Part shown: positions 48,560-58,270 of the stretch, piece after piece | How positions within the stretch are numbered: the stretch's first letter is position 1 | Layout of the letters: each line of letters opens with the position of its first letter | Assembly: GCA_963774955.1 (NCBI GenBank) | Contig: CAVZGV010000003.1 | Location: 469,695-533,694 of the forward strand | Length of the DNA stretch: 64,000 nt | Reading direction: 5' to 3' | From: Candidatus Falkowbacteria bacterium | Lineage (GTDB): Bacteria; Patescibacteriota; Patescibacteriia; CAIXNZ01 | Made by a program: the position numbers and the translations under genes | The notes under the pieces: generated by a model | What the model was told of the DNA's origin: nothing | The model's input: the letters and a program-made list of their open reading frames with translations, nothing else | The model's database searches: none

Positions 48560-51184
48560 ATGTTCAACCCCAATCGTTTAACCACTAAGTCACAAGAGGC
48601 TTTGCGTAATGCCCAGCAAATTGCCTTGGATAACCAAAATCAGCAGGTCGATGCCCTGCATCTTTTGGCGTCCATGCTGCTTCAGGAAGAAAGTCTGGTA
48701 GTGACCGTAGTCAAAAAATTGGAAGTTGATGTGACTGAATTAAAAAATGAGATTTTCAAGGCTATTGAAAAAACTCCAAAATTTAAGGGCGAGATAAATT
48801 TAACCCAAATGTTTTTAACCGAAGATCTGGCCCGCATTTTGGCTGGTTCTGAAAAAGAGGCCATGGACCTCAAGGATGAATATATTTCCACTGAACATTT
48901 ACTACTCTCGATGTTAAATACCAAAAGTAAAGTTAAGACCCTTTTGGAATCGTATGGTATTCAGTATGACAATGTCTTGCGCTTACTCGCCCAATTGCGT
49001 GGTTCAACTAGGATTACTGATCCTGAACCGGAATCAAAATTTCAGGTTTTGGAAAAATACGCTCAAAATTTAACCGAACAAGCGCGCCAGGAAAAACTTG
49101 ATCCTGTTATCGGTCGTGATGCGGAAATTCGCCGTGTTATGCAGGTTCTTTCCCGCCGTACAAAAAATAATCCGGTTTTAATCGGTGAAGCCGGTGTTGG
49201 TAAAACAGCCATTGCTGAAGGTTTGGCGCAAAGAATTGTAGCCGGAGATGTGCCTGAAACTTTAAAGAATAAAGAAGTAATTGCCTTAGATTTAGGTTCC
49301 CTAATTGCCGGTACAAAATTTCGAGGTGAATTTGAAGATCGACTAAAAGCTGTTTTAAAGGAAGTTGAAAATTCCAACGGCCAAATAATTTTATTTATTG
49401 ATGAATTGCATACTGTTGTCGGCGCCGGTGCAATTGAAGGTTCTATGGATGCTTCCAATATGTTAAAGCCGGCTTTGGCTCGCGGCAAACTTCATGCAGT
49501 CGGAGCCACCACATTAAAGGAATATCAAAAATATATTGAAAAAGATCCGGCCCTGGAAAGACGTTTTCAACCGGTTTTTGTGCTGGAACCTTCAATTGAA
49601 GATACAATCGCTATTTTACGCGGTATTAAAGAAAAATATGAAGTTCATCATGGTGTGAGAATTACTGACTCTGCCATTGTAGCGGCTGCAGAATTTTCTC
49701 AAAGATATATTACTGATCGCTTTTTGCCGGATAAAGCAGTTGATTTGATTGATGAAGCCACTTCTGCTCTGCGCATGGAAATAGATTCCATGCCCGATGA
49801 ATTGGATACCATGAAACGTAAAGTTATACAATTTGAAATAGAAAAAGCGGCCTTAAAAAAAGAATCCGATAAAGATAGTAAACAAAGATTGAAAGATTTG
49901 GATAAGGAACTGAATGACCTGAAGGAAAAATCCAACCAATTGGAATTGCACTGGAAAAGTGAAAAAGAAATTATTACTAAAATTCGTGAAGCAAAAAAAC
50001 AAATTGACGTTTTGAAAATTGAAGCTGATATTTTGGAAAGAAAGTCTGAATTGCAAAAGGTGGCGGAAATTCGTTACGGTAAAATTCCTGCCGTGGAAAA
50101 AGAAATTAAATCTCTGGAAAAGAAGCTGACTAATGTCCAAAAAGAACATAAAATTCTTAAAGAAGAAGTGACCGAGGAAGATATTGCCGAGGTTGTTTCC
50201 CGCTGGACAGGCATTCCTGTTTCTAAGATGTTACAGTCTGAAATGGAAAAATTAGTTCATGCCGAGGATGAATTAAAAAAGCGTGTAGTTGGCCAGGAAG
50301 AAGCCATTAACAGCTGTTGCTAATGCTATTCAGACGTTCACGAGCCGGTATCTCCGAGGAAAATAAACCAATTGGTTCTTTTATTTTTTTGGGTCCAACT
50401 GGCGTAGGTAAAACTGAATTGGCCAAAGCTTTAGCTGAATTTATGTTTAATGATGAAAATTCCATTATCAGAGTTGATATGTCAGAATACATGGAAAAGC
50501 ATGCTGTGTCGAAGATGCATCGGCTCCCCTCCAGGTTATATTGGCTATGAAGAAGGCGGACAGTTGACTGAACAAGTGCGACGACGCCCCTACTCCGTAG
50601 TTTTGTTTGATGAAATTGAAAAAGCGCATCCTGAAGTCTTTAATATTCTTTTACAACTCTTGGATGATGGCCGTTTAACAGATGCCAAAGGCCGGGTGGT
50701 AAATTTTAAAAATACTATTATTATCATGACTTCCAATTTGGGCAATCAGCTCTTGAAAGAAGTTTCCTTGGGTTTTGAAGACAAGTCGCTAAAGGGAGAA
50801 CAAAAGTTTAATGAAGATAAAATGAAGGAAGGTGTATATGAGGCTCTCAAGGCGCAGTTTAAGCCTGAATTTATCAACCGCGTAGATGAAATTATTATTT
50901 TCCATCCGCTGGGCAAAAAAGAAATTGAAAAAATTATTGATTTACAGCTGGAAATAGTAAAAAAGCGTTTGTCTGACAAGAAAATCAAACTTGAATTTAC
51001 CGAATCATTGGAAAAATATTTGGCTGAAAAAGGCTTTGATCCGCAGTTTGGTGCCAGACCGCTTAAACGAGTGATTCAAAGTGAAATTCTTGATGATCTG
51101 GCTCTGCAGATAATTGAAAATAAAATTCAAGAAGGTGCAAAAGTTAAAGTAGATGTAAGTCAGGGTAAAGTTACATTCAAGTAA
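48560..51184 (+). pseudogene. clpB: ClpB disaggregase (AAA+ chaperone) reading frame broken by three separate 1-nt insertions (~50312, ~50332, ~50512); likely sequencing errors
   Basis: ORF1 carries the N-domain, AAA1 ([13 protein letters not shown]) and the M-domain. ORF 50317..50550 carries the AAA2 Walker A ([15 protein letters not shown]). ORF 50450..51184 carries [14 protein letters not shown]...FDEIEKAH... Each frame shift is exactly +1. Confidence 0.85.
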
Positions 51185-51197
51185 ATTAGCTAATATA

Positions 51198-51230
51198 AAA
51201 AGAAACCTCGAGATATGGGGTTTCTTTTTA
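51198..51230 (+). terminator. intrinsic terminator after clpB
   Basis: AAAGAAACC-tcgagatat-GGGGTTTCTTTTT. Confidence 0.65.
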
Positions 51231-51659
51231 TGTTATTTGAATTTGTATAGATTCGTCCAGATGAAGCGGGATGACTCTTGGCGGCTTAAGCCGCTATCAA
51301 AAAAACGCCCTGCTACAGTACTGATGATGTACCATAGCAGGGCTAAGGAAAATGACGCAGGTTTTTGGGGCTCTTGATGTTTCCACTTGATTTTAGTCTC
51401 TGCCTTAGAGGGTGGCTTTGGTAGATTTTACGAAAGTAGATGTCCTTGGTCAGCAAACTTTATCGTAGTTTCCTACACATTACTAAAGTATTGCTGAAAG
51501 ACATACATAGTAAAAACGAACCGCCTGTGTCATGTATAATCATTCTATATTAATTTATCTTATTTGAGATGGGGATAACTTTGTAAATTTAAAAATTAAA
51601 ATAATGGAAGATTATTCAAAGAATTTGAAAGTTTAATCTTTTTATGCTATTATTATCTT

Positions 51660-53063
51660 ATGAAAAAGATGAAAATTATCACAATTTTAGCCTTATTTTG
51701 TACAATATTTCTGCAAGGTTTGCCCATCAGGCCAGCCCAGGGTTTTGAGTTTGATCCGAATGATATTATTACAGATAATGAACTTTATGATTATGATAGC
51801 ATGAATATGGCTGAAATTCAGGAATTTCTAGAAAACCAGTCAGGTGTTTTGAAAAATTATTATACGAATGATTCTCATGGAAATAACATGTTAACCGCTG
51901 AAATAATTGCCAATGCAGCCTTAGAATACAAGGTAAACCCCAAGTGGATTCTAGCTACTTTGCAAAAAGAACAAAGTTTAGTCACCAATCCCCTGCCAAG
52001 CCAGCGTGATTTTGACTGGGCTATGGGCTACGCTGTTTGTGATTCCTGCTCTAAAGAAGATCCTCAAATTGCCATGTTTAAAGGTTTTGGCCAGCAGATT
52101 GACAGAGCCACCTGGAGAATAAAATATTATTATGATAATCCGCAAAAATTTAATTTCAGAGTGGGTCAAATTTACAGCATAGACGGACGTGATGTTATGA
52201 TGTTTAATCAGGCCACAGCAAATTTGTATAATTATACCCCGCATTTACACGGTAACTACAATTTTTGGAATATTTGGAATCGCTGGTTTGCCAAGATTTA
52301 CCCGGATGGTACATTATTAAAACAAGCTGGAGCTGCTGGGGTTTGGTTGGTTGAAAACGGTCAGCGTCGTCCTTTTTGGTCCAAAACAGCCTTGATTTCA
52401 CGTTATGATGAAAGCAAAGTTATAGAAGTCAGTAAAAATGATCTGCAACGATACACTATTGGTTATCCTATTAAATACCCGAATTATTCCCTGCTTCAAT
52501 CACCCAGTGGTCAAATTTATTTAATTGTTAATAATGAAAAAAAGGAAATTGAATCTGATGAAGTTTTTAAATCAATCGGTTATAACCCTGATGAAGTAAT
52601 TCCGGTTGCAGATGACGAATTAGTTCATTATGAATCTGGCCGTAAAATTACGCTGGAAAGTATATATCCGCAAGGAGCCTTGCTCCAGGATAATAAAACA
52701 GGCGGGGTCTACTACGTAGAAGACGGAATTAAATATCCGGTCTTATCCAAAGAAATTTTAAGAATCAACTATGCCAAATATATCTTAACAAAAGTTTCGG
52801 TTGATGAACTTAATAAATATGTAACCGCTGCCAATGGCGTCAAATTGAAAGACGGCACCTTAATCGCCATGGCCAATGAGCCAAAAGTATTTGTAATTTC
52901 CAATGGCCAGCGTCGCTGGATAGCTAATGAAAGTACTTTTAACCAACTTGGTTATGAGTGGACTGATATCGTAACTGTGACTGAAAAAGTATTGAGTTTA
53001 CACCCTGAAGGCGATAAACTTGATTCTCTGGTTCAAACTGATACTAAAATGGCCACTAATTAA
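51660..53063 (+). CDS. secreted protein with four ~45-aa tandem modules in its C-terminal half; unknown function
   Basis: Signal peptide. Repeats GVWLVENGQRRPFWS / GQIYLIVNNEKKEI / GGVYYVEDGIKYPV / KVFVISNGQRRWIA. Confidence 0.4.
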   Translation: MKKMKIITILALFCTIFLQGLPIRPAQGFEFDPNDIITDNELYDYDSMNMAEIQEFLENQSGVLKNYYTNDSHGNNMLTAEIIANAALEYKVNPKWILATLQKEQSLVTNPLPSQRDFDWAMGYAVCDSCSKEDPQIAMFKGFGQQIDRATWRIKYYYDNPQKFNFRVGQIYSIDGRDVMMFNQATANLYNYTPHLHGNYNFWNIWNRWFAKIYPDGTLLKQAGAAGVWLVENGQRRPFWSKTALISRYDESKVIEVSKNDLQRYTIGYPIKYPNYSLLQSPSGQIYLIVNNEKKEIESDEVFKSIGYNPDEVIPVADDELVHYESGRKITLESIYPQGALLQDNKTGGVYYVEDGIKYPVLSKEILRINYAKYILTKVSVDELNKYVTAANGVKLKDGTLIAMANEPKVFVISNGQRRWIANESTFNQLGYEWTDIVTVTEKVLSLHPEGDKLDSLVQTDTKMATN

Positions 53064-53090
53064 ATTTTTAATATCTCTAACCCCTTCAAT

Positions 53091-53879
53091 ATGCTAGTTT
53101 TTTCTGCCATTTGTCCTCATCCTCCGATTTTAATCCCGACTATTGGCAAGGACAATATTAAAAAAATTAAAAATACAGTTGAAGCCATGAAAAAGCTGGA
53201 ACAGGATCTTTATGCGGCTAAACCTGAAGTAATAATAATTATTTCTCCGCATGGCGAAATGATCCCGGATGCATTTTGTGTGAATTTAAATGCCAATTAT
53301 AGTGCGAATTTTGAAGATTTTGGAGATTTTACTACCAAGCTTGAATTTAAAAGCAGTCCCATGTTGGCTTTGAAAATCAAAGAAAGAGTAGAAGATGAAT
53401 TGCCGATTGTCTTATCGAGTACGGAAAAATTAGATCATGGCGCAACCGTGCCGTTATTTTATTTGACTAAGCATTTGAAGGATATTGAAATTATACCAAT
53501 TAGTTATAGTTTTTTAGATTATAATACCCATTTTCAATTTGGCCAGCTGCTTAAAAAAGAAATTGCCAAAAGCGAAAAAAGAGTTGCCATCATTGCTTCA
53601 GGCGATATGTCTCACTGTTTAATTAAAGGCGCGCCGGCAGGATATTCACCCAAAGGTGCTGAATTTGACAAGGAATTTCAGGCTTTATTAAAACGAAAGG
53701 ATATTCCAGGAATTTTAAAAATGAAACCAAAGCTGATCGAAGAGGCGGCTGAGTGCGGTTTTCGCTCATTTGCGATATTATTCGGAGTTATTGAAGAATA
53801 TAAATTTGAAGTCGATATTCTGTCTTACGAAGGTCCTTTTGGCGTCGGTTATATGGTTACAAATTTCAGAATTATTTAA
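53091..53879 (+). CDS. Memo-like / class III extradiol-dioxygenase-fold protein (candidate AmmeMemoRadiSam system protein B)
   Basis: ICPHPP...IIISPHG...LDHGATVP...SGDMSHC motifs. Sits next to the AMMECR1 gene. Confidence 0.5.
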   Translation: MLVFSAICPHPPILIPTIGKDNIKKIKNTVEAMKKLEQDLYAAKPEVIIIISPHGEMIPDAFCVNLNANYSANFEDFGDFTTKLEFKSSPMLALKIKERVEDELPIVLSSTEKLDHGATVPLFYLTKHLKDIEIIPISYSFLDYNTHFQFGQLLKKEIAKSEKRVAIIASGDMSHCLIKGAPAGYSPKGAEFDKEFQALLKRKDIPGILKMKPKLIEEAAECGFRSFAILFGVIEEYKFEVDILSYEGPFGVGYMVTNFRII

Positions 53880-53964
53880 AACAACCTTATATAATAAACA
53901 CATTCAGAGGCGGTTACTTAAATCGCCTCTTCGTTTTTATAAAAATATCTGATATATTTTAACT

Positions 53965-54477
53965 ATGAATACTTATACTAAATTGGCCAAAGATACAATT
54001 GAACACTATCTAAAATCAGGCAAAACAATGGCTGTGCCTGAAGGTTTGCCCAAAGAACTGCTTTTAGCTAAAGCCGGTGTTTTTGTTTCCTTGCATCGAC
54101 TGGGCCAATTACGCGGTTGTATCGGCACTTTGCAGGCAACAACCGATAGTATTGCCCAAGAAATAATGCAAAATGCTTTATCAGCTGCACTGGAAGATCC
54201 GCGTTTTAAACCCCTCGAGGCTAATGAATTGGCTGATCTGGAAATATCCGTTGATATTTTAAATCACGCTGTATTAATCAAAGATAGGCAGGAATTGGAT
54301 ATAAAAAAATACGGTATTATTTGTCAGTCAGGTTATAAAAAGGGGTTGCTATTACCAGATATTGAAGGCGTGGATTCGGTTGAACAACAAATCGAGATTG
54401 CCTGTCAAAAAGGCGGGATCAATCCCCTGCGAGATAAATTTGAGATTTATAAATTTACAGTCACGCGTCATGAATAA
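53965..54477 (+). CDS. AMMECR1-domain protein (AmmeMemoRadiSam system protein A)
   Basis: GVFVSLHRLGQLRGCIGTL (the conserved RGCIG motif). Confidence 0.75.
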   Translation: MNTYTKLAKDTIEHYLKSGKTMAVPEGLPKELLLAKAGVFVSLHRLGQLRGCIGTLQATTDSIAQEIMQNALSAALEDPRFKPLEANELADLEISVDILNHAVLIKDRQELDIKKYGIICQSGYKKGLLLPDIEGVDSVEQQIEIACQKGGINPLRDKFEIYKFTVTRHE

Positions 54478-56368
54478 AATCGCACAAATTATTCCGGCCG
54501 TACGATTAAAGCGCAGTCTGAATTATTTCGATTATTTAATCCCGGATGAGCTTGCTGCTCAAATTAAAATCGGCCAACTCGTAGAAATCCCCTTTCGTAA
54601 CCAAGTAGTTAAAGGGGTTGTTTTAAATTTACAAGAAAAATCTGATTCCAAATACGCTTTAAAAACTATTATAAAAATCATTGATTCTCTGCCATATTTA
54701 GCGCCCTGGCAACTGGAATTAATCAAATTTATGGCTGAATATTATTTTGTTTCCATGGCCATGGTTTTAAAAATGATGTTACCGGAAATTCCTAAAAGGA
54801 AATCTGAAAGATGTAAGGAAATGAAAATTGAATTTGTTTCAGGTCCTTTAATGAAAATTGCTGTGCCGGATATTGTACTTTCTGAAAAGCCTCTGCTTTT
54901 GTCCTATGCTGATTGGGAAAATAAAATTAGCGTATATTCGCATATCATCAAAAACAATATCAGCCAAAACAAGCAGACAGTCATTATCGTTCCGGAATTG
55001 AATAATTTGGAGCAAATTTATAAATACCTCGGAGAGTACAATGGCAGTATTAGCGTTTTATTAAATGATTTGTCGAAAAATAAATTTTGGCAGGAATGGC
55101 TGAAAATAAAAAATGGTCAGTCAAATATTATTCTGGGTACCAGAAGCGCTATTTTCGCTCCCTTTAAAAATTTAGGTACTATAATTATTGACGAAGAAGA
55201 TAATGTTAACCATAAACAGGAAGAACCAAATCCAAGATATAATGCCAAGACCATTGCTTTAAAAATCGCCGATTTAACAGGAGCTAAACTAATTTTCAGC
55301 GCTATGACTCCGTCCCTTAATTCATTATTCAAAGTTCAAACTAAACAATGGGATTACTGGCAAATTGATCAGCCAAAAGAATTGCCGCAAATTACAATAA
55401 TTGACCGACAGGAAGAATTCAGAAAGGGCAATTATTCTATTTTTAGTGAGAAATTACTGCAAAGTTTGGCCAATAATCTGAGCCAAAAAAAGCCAAGCTT
55501 TTTATTTTTAAACCGTAAAGGATCGGCGACTTTAGTTACTTGCCAGGATTGCGGCTATATTGCTGTTTGTCCCACCTGCAAATTGCCGTTAACCTATTAT
55601 AAAAAAAGCGAAGAACTCCATTGTCATCATTGCCAGTATAAAACGCCGAATCTCTTAAGCTGTCCTCAATGTAAAGGTACAGCCATTAAACTAACCGGAA
55701 GCGGGACGGAAAAGGCGGAAAATGAAATAAAAAAAGAGTTTCCTCAAGGTAAAATTATTGTTTTTGATCAGGAGCATGCGCAGTCCGTCAATTTAATGAA
55801 TGCTGATATAATTATTGGTACTCAGTTTGCCTTAAATTATATTGACTGGTCAAGCATTCAGACCACAGGTGTACTAAATGCCGATATCGGTTTATATTCG
55901 GCAGATTATCGGAGTTTGGAGGTTACTTTTAATCTATTGACAAAATTAGCATATTTTTTACCTGATCAGAACAAAGACTTGATTTGTCAGACCTTTTCAC
56001 CGGATAATTATATTTTTCAGACCTTTAAAAACAACAATTTGAAGAGATTTTATCAAAAAGAAATGCAGGAGCGTAAAACTTTAAAATACCCGCCTTTTGC
56101 CAAATTAGTAAAAATAATCTATCAAAGTATTGATTTTAACGGCGGGCAGGAGGAAATCAATGAGGTTTACCAGTTTATAAAAGCACAAATTGCCGATAAC
56201 CAAAATTTTATAATCAATCCCCCGCTTTTGGCTTACACCCGGCAGGTACGCGGACGTTTCCGCTGGCAGCTGGCCATTAAAATTTTACAGCCTGGAGTAA
56301 ATTTAGACTTTTTAAATCAACTGCCGGATTCAGTCATTATCGACATAGATCCTGAAAATTTAAATTAA
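54470..56368 (+). CDS. priA: primosomal protein N' (PriA)-like with degenerate ATPase motifs
   Basis: PriA N-terminus VRLKRSLNYFDYLIP...VEIPFRNQVVKGVV. Cys4-Cys4 zinc ribbon CQDCGYIAVCPTC...CHHCQ...CPQCKG. Walker A position reads SYADWENKISVY and DExH reads DEED. Start chosen at the ATG overlapping the AMMECR1 stop. Confidence 0.6.
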   Translation: MNKIAQIIPAVRLKRSLNYFDYLIPDELAAQIKIGQLVEIPFRNQVVKGVVLNLQEKSDSKYALKTIIKIIDSLPYLAPWQLELIKFMAEYYFVSMAMVLKMMLPEIPKRKSERCKEMKIEFVSGPLMKIAVPDIVLSEKPLLLSYADWENKISVYSHIIKNNISQNKQTVIIVPELNNLEQIYKYLGEYNGSISVLLNDLSKNKFWQEWLKIKNGQSNIILGTRSAIFAPFKNLGTIIIDEEDNVNHKQEEPNPRYNAKTIALKIADLTGAKLIFSAMTPSLNSLFKVQTKQWDYWQIDQPKELPQITIIDRQEEFRKGNYSIFSEKLLQSLANNLSQKKPSFLFLNRKGSATLVTCQDCGYIAVCPTCKLPLTYYKKSEELHCHHCQYKTPNLLSCPQCKGTAIKLTGSGTEKAENEIKKEFPQGKIIVFDQEHAQSVNLMNADIIIGTQFALNYIDWSSIQTTGVLNADIGLYSADYRSLEVTFNLLTKLAYFLPDQNKDLICQTFSPDNYIFQTFKNNNLKRFYQKEMQERKTLKYPPFAKLVKIIYQSIDFNGGQEEINEVYQFIKAQIADNQNFIINPPLLAYTRQVRGRFRWQLAIKILQPGVNLDFLNQLPDSVIIDIDPENLN

Positions 56369-56409
56369 AAAAACCCGCTCCGAGTTACGGAACGGGATAA
56401 GATGAGGCT

Positions 56410-57018
56410 TTAAGCCCTTGACGACGCTTGACTTGTGAGTGTTGGTTCACTCTTGTCATCATCCGGTTTGGCTGGCCAATAGACCAGATCAGTGTCCAAG
56501 AGGTCATTTAGTAAAATGACTTCGCCAAGATTTGCCAGTTCTGCGGCAATATTGGCTTTAGCACTGATGATGATGATATTTTTTCCGCTGGCTTTTACTC
56601 TTTCCAGGATGAACTGATAATCACCATCGCCTGAAAAGAAAACCAGGGTATCAAAATCATCATTATGAAGATGTTCCATCAGGTGAATGGTTATCATCTG
56701 ATCTGTCCGACTTTTAGTCATTTTACTGCGGGAGGCTACAGCTCGTTGATAGATTTTCTTGGGGACAATAATGATTTCATAGCCTCTTTTTTCCATGGTC
56801 TTCAAAAAACTGTTTTCATGATTAAAATCCGGCATTAAAGTGACTTCATCGACATATTCATCAGAAAAAATCTTTTTCTTAACAATTACATTCTGGTTAA
56901 GGGCTTCAATTTCTCTTTCTAAAGCTGAAAAGCTGACCCTGATTCCCAAATCATTGGTCGATCCTTTTAAATTTGGCCCATCAATAATAAAGATTACTCT
57001 GTTGGTCTGGTTTTCCAC
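56410..57018 (-). CDS. NYN-domain (LabA-like, PIN-like nuclease fold) protein
   Basis: IFIIDGPNL ... DQMITIHLMEHL ... VFFSGDGDY. Confidence 0.7.
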   Translation of the reverse strand: MENQTNRVIFIIDGPNLKGSTNDLGIRVSFSALEREIEALNQNVIVKKKIFSDEYVDEVTLMPDFNHENSFLKTMEKRGYEIIIVPKKIYQRAVASRSKMTKSRTDQMITIHLMEHLHNDDFDTLVFFSGDGDYQFILERVKASGKNIIIISAKANIAAELANLGEVILLNDLLDTDLVYWPAKPDDDKSEPTLTSQASSRA

Positions 57019-57141
57019 GAATTATACCTCCTGATAGGAACTTTTTAAATTTTTGAGATTGCAAGGTGCTCTGATTATATTATACCCCAAATAGTTAGGT
57101 AGGTCAAATAAATAACCCTGATAATTATTTTAAAAAAGTAT

Positions 57142-57172
57142 AAAAAAACCCCGGAATTTTTTCCGGGATTTG
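57142..57172 (-). terminator. terminator after NYN gene 57194..57718 (palindromic; could act in both directions)
   Basis: AAAAAAACCCCGGAA-tttt-TTCCGGGATTT. Confidence 0.6.
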
Positions 57173-57193
57173 AAATTGTTGATTTGATCATCT

Positions 57194-57718
57194 TTAAGTT
57201 TGAAGAAGCAGAACAGAATCTTTCCGTATTTTATCAAGTCTGACAGCGTGAGGAGTTATTTTTATCAGCGCGCTTGATAAGCTAGCTGACGTAGAATAGA
57301 TGCGGATTTTTTTGCCGGCATCAACGACTTTTTGTAAAACAAAGCGATAATCGCTGTCACCGGTAAAGAAAAGCAGGGTGTCAAACTCTTCCTTGAGCAG
57401 ATGTTCCATTAGGTGAATAGTTATCATCTGGTCAGTACCGCTTTTATAATTCCGGCCGCTGATCTGTCCAGAAATTCCGTAAATATGCAAGGGTACGGGA
57501 ATAAGTTCAAATCCCATTTTAGACAACGCCACATAAAAATAGTTTTGCGTGTCTTCCCCCGGCATTTCGTCAAAAAATAATTTAAGAATAGGCATTTCAG
57601 GATTATTCTCGCCGATTATTTTCAGCAGTTCGCCGAAATTAAAATGTAATTTGGACTTTTTCATCGAGTAATGAAAATTCGGACCGTCAATGATAACCAG
57701 CACCCGCTTATACTCCAT
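57194..57718 (-). CDS. NYN-domain (LabA-like) protein, paralog of 56410..57018
   Basis: VIIDGPNF ... SGTDQMITIHLMEHL ... LFFTGDSDY. Confidence 0.7.
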   Translation of the reverse strand: MEYKRVLVIIDGPNFHYSMKKSKLHFNFGELLKIIGENNPEMPILKLFFDEMPGEDTQNYFYVALSKMGFELIPVPLHIYGISGQISGRNYKSGTDQMITIHLMEHLLKEEFDTLLFFTGDSDYRFVLQKVVDAGKKIRIYSTSASLSSALIKITPHAVRLDKIRKDSVLLLQT

Positions 57719-57801
57719 AATTCCCCCTTCCTCTTGATATATGTGGCTTTTTATGTTACTATAAAGAACATAATAGTTAAATATAGCTGATTCAAAATAT
57801 T

Positions 57802-58239
57802 ATGTCAAGTTTACCTATAATTAAAGAACCAAATCCTATATTAAAGCAAAAATCCGCTAAAATAAAGGATATAACCCCTCAAATCAAAAGGCTTATTTTA
57901 GATATGGCCGAAACCATGAAATCAGCGGAAGGCATTGGTTTGGCGGCTCCGCAAGTGGGTCAAAATATCCGTTTGTGCCTGATAAATACAGCTAATGGCC
58001 CTTTAGCCATGATTAATCCGCTGATAACCAAAAAATCATTGCGGAAAACCGTGGAAGAAGAAGGTTGTCTATCCTGCCCAAATTCCTTTGTTAAAGTTAA
58101 GCGATCGAAAATAATTTACGTTAAATGCCTGGATCAGGACGCTAAAGAATTATCATTTCGCGCCGAAGATCTTTTTGCCCGGGTGATTCAGCATGAGGTT
58201 GATCATTTGGACGGAATATTGATTATAGATAAAAAGTAG
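57802..58239 (+). CDS. def: peptide deformylase
   Basis: GIGLAAPQVG, EGCLSCP and QHEVDHLDG motifs. Confidence 0.9.
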   Translation: MSSLPIIKEPNPILKQKSAKIKDITPQIKRLILDMAETMKSAEGIGLAAPQVGQNIRLCLINTANGPLAMINPLITKKSLRKTVEEEGCLSCPNSFVKVKRSKIIYVKCLDQDAKELSFRAEDLFARVIQHEVDHLDGILIIDKK

Positions 58240-58270
58240 ATTTTAGGTTTTAGATTATAGATTTTAGCTT

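Noticed and set aside
676-50988. Many short internal or antisense ORFs in the six-frame track (e.g. 676..975, 1838..2032, 5210..5491, 22138..22449, 49063..49488, 49853..50149)
   Set aside because: All lie inside longer, well-supported genes on the same or the opposite strand. They lack RBS signals and have low-complexity composition. I treat them as spurious.
51231-51560. tmRNA, RNase P RNA or SRP RNA in the long intergenic region after clpB
   Set aside because: The region lacks the GGGG... 5' end and the TpsiC-like / CCA 3' end of tmRNA. I could not construct a tag-peptide frame ending ALAA/LAA*. The RNase P CR-I GGAAAGUCCGG box and the SRP GGAA-tetraloop domain IV are both absent. I keep it only as an unclassified sRNA candidate.
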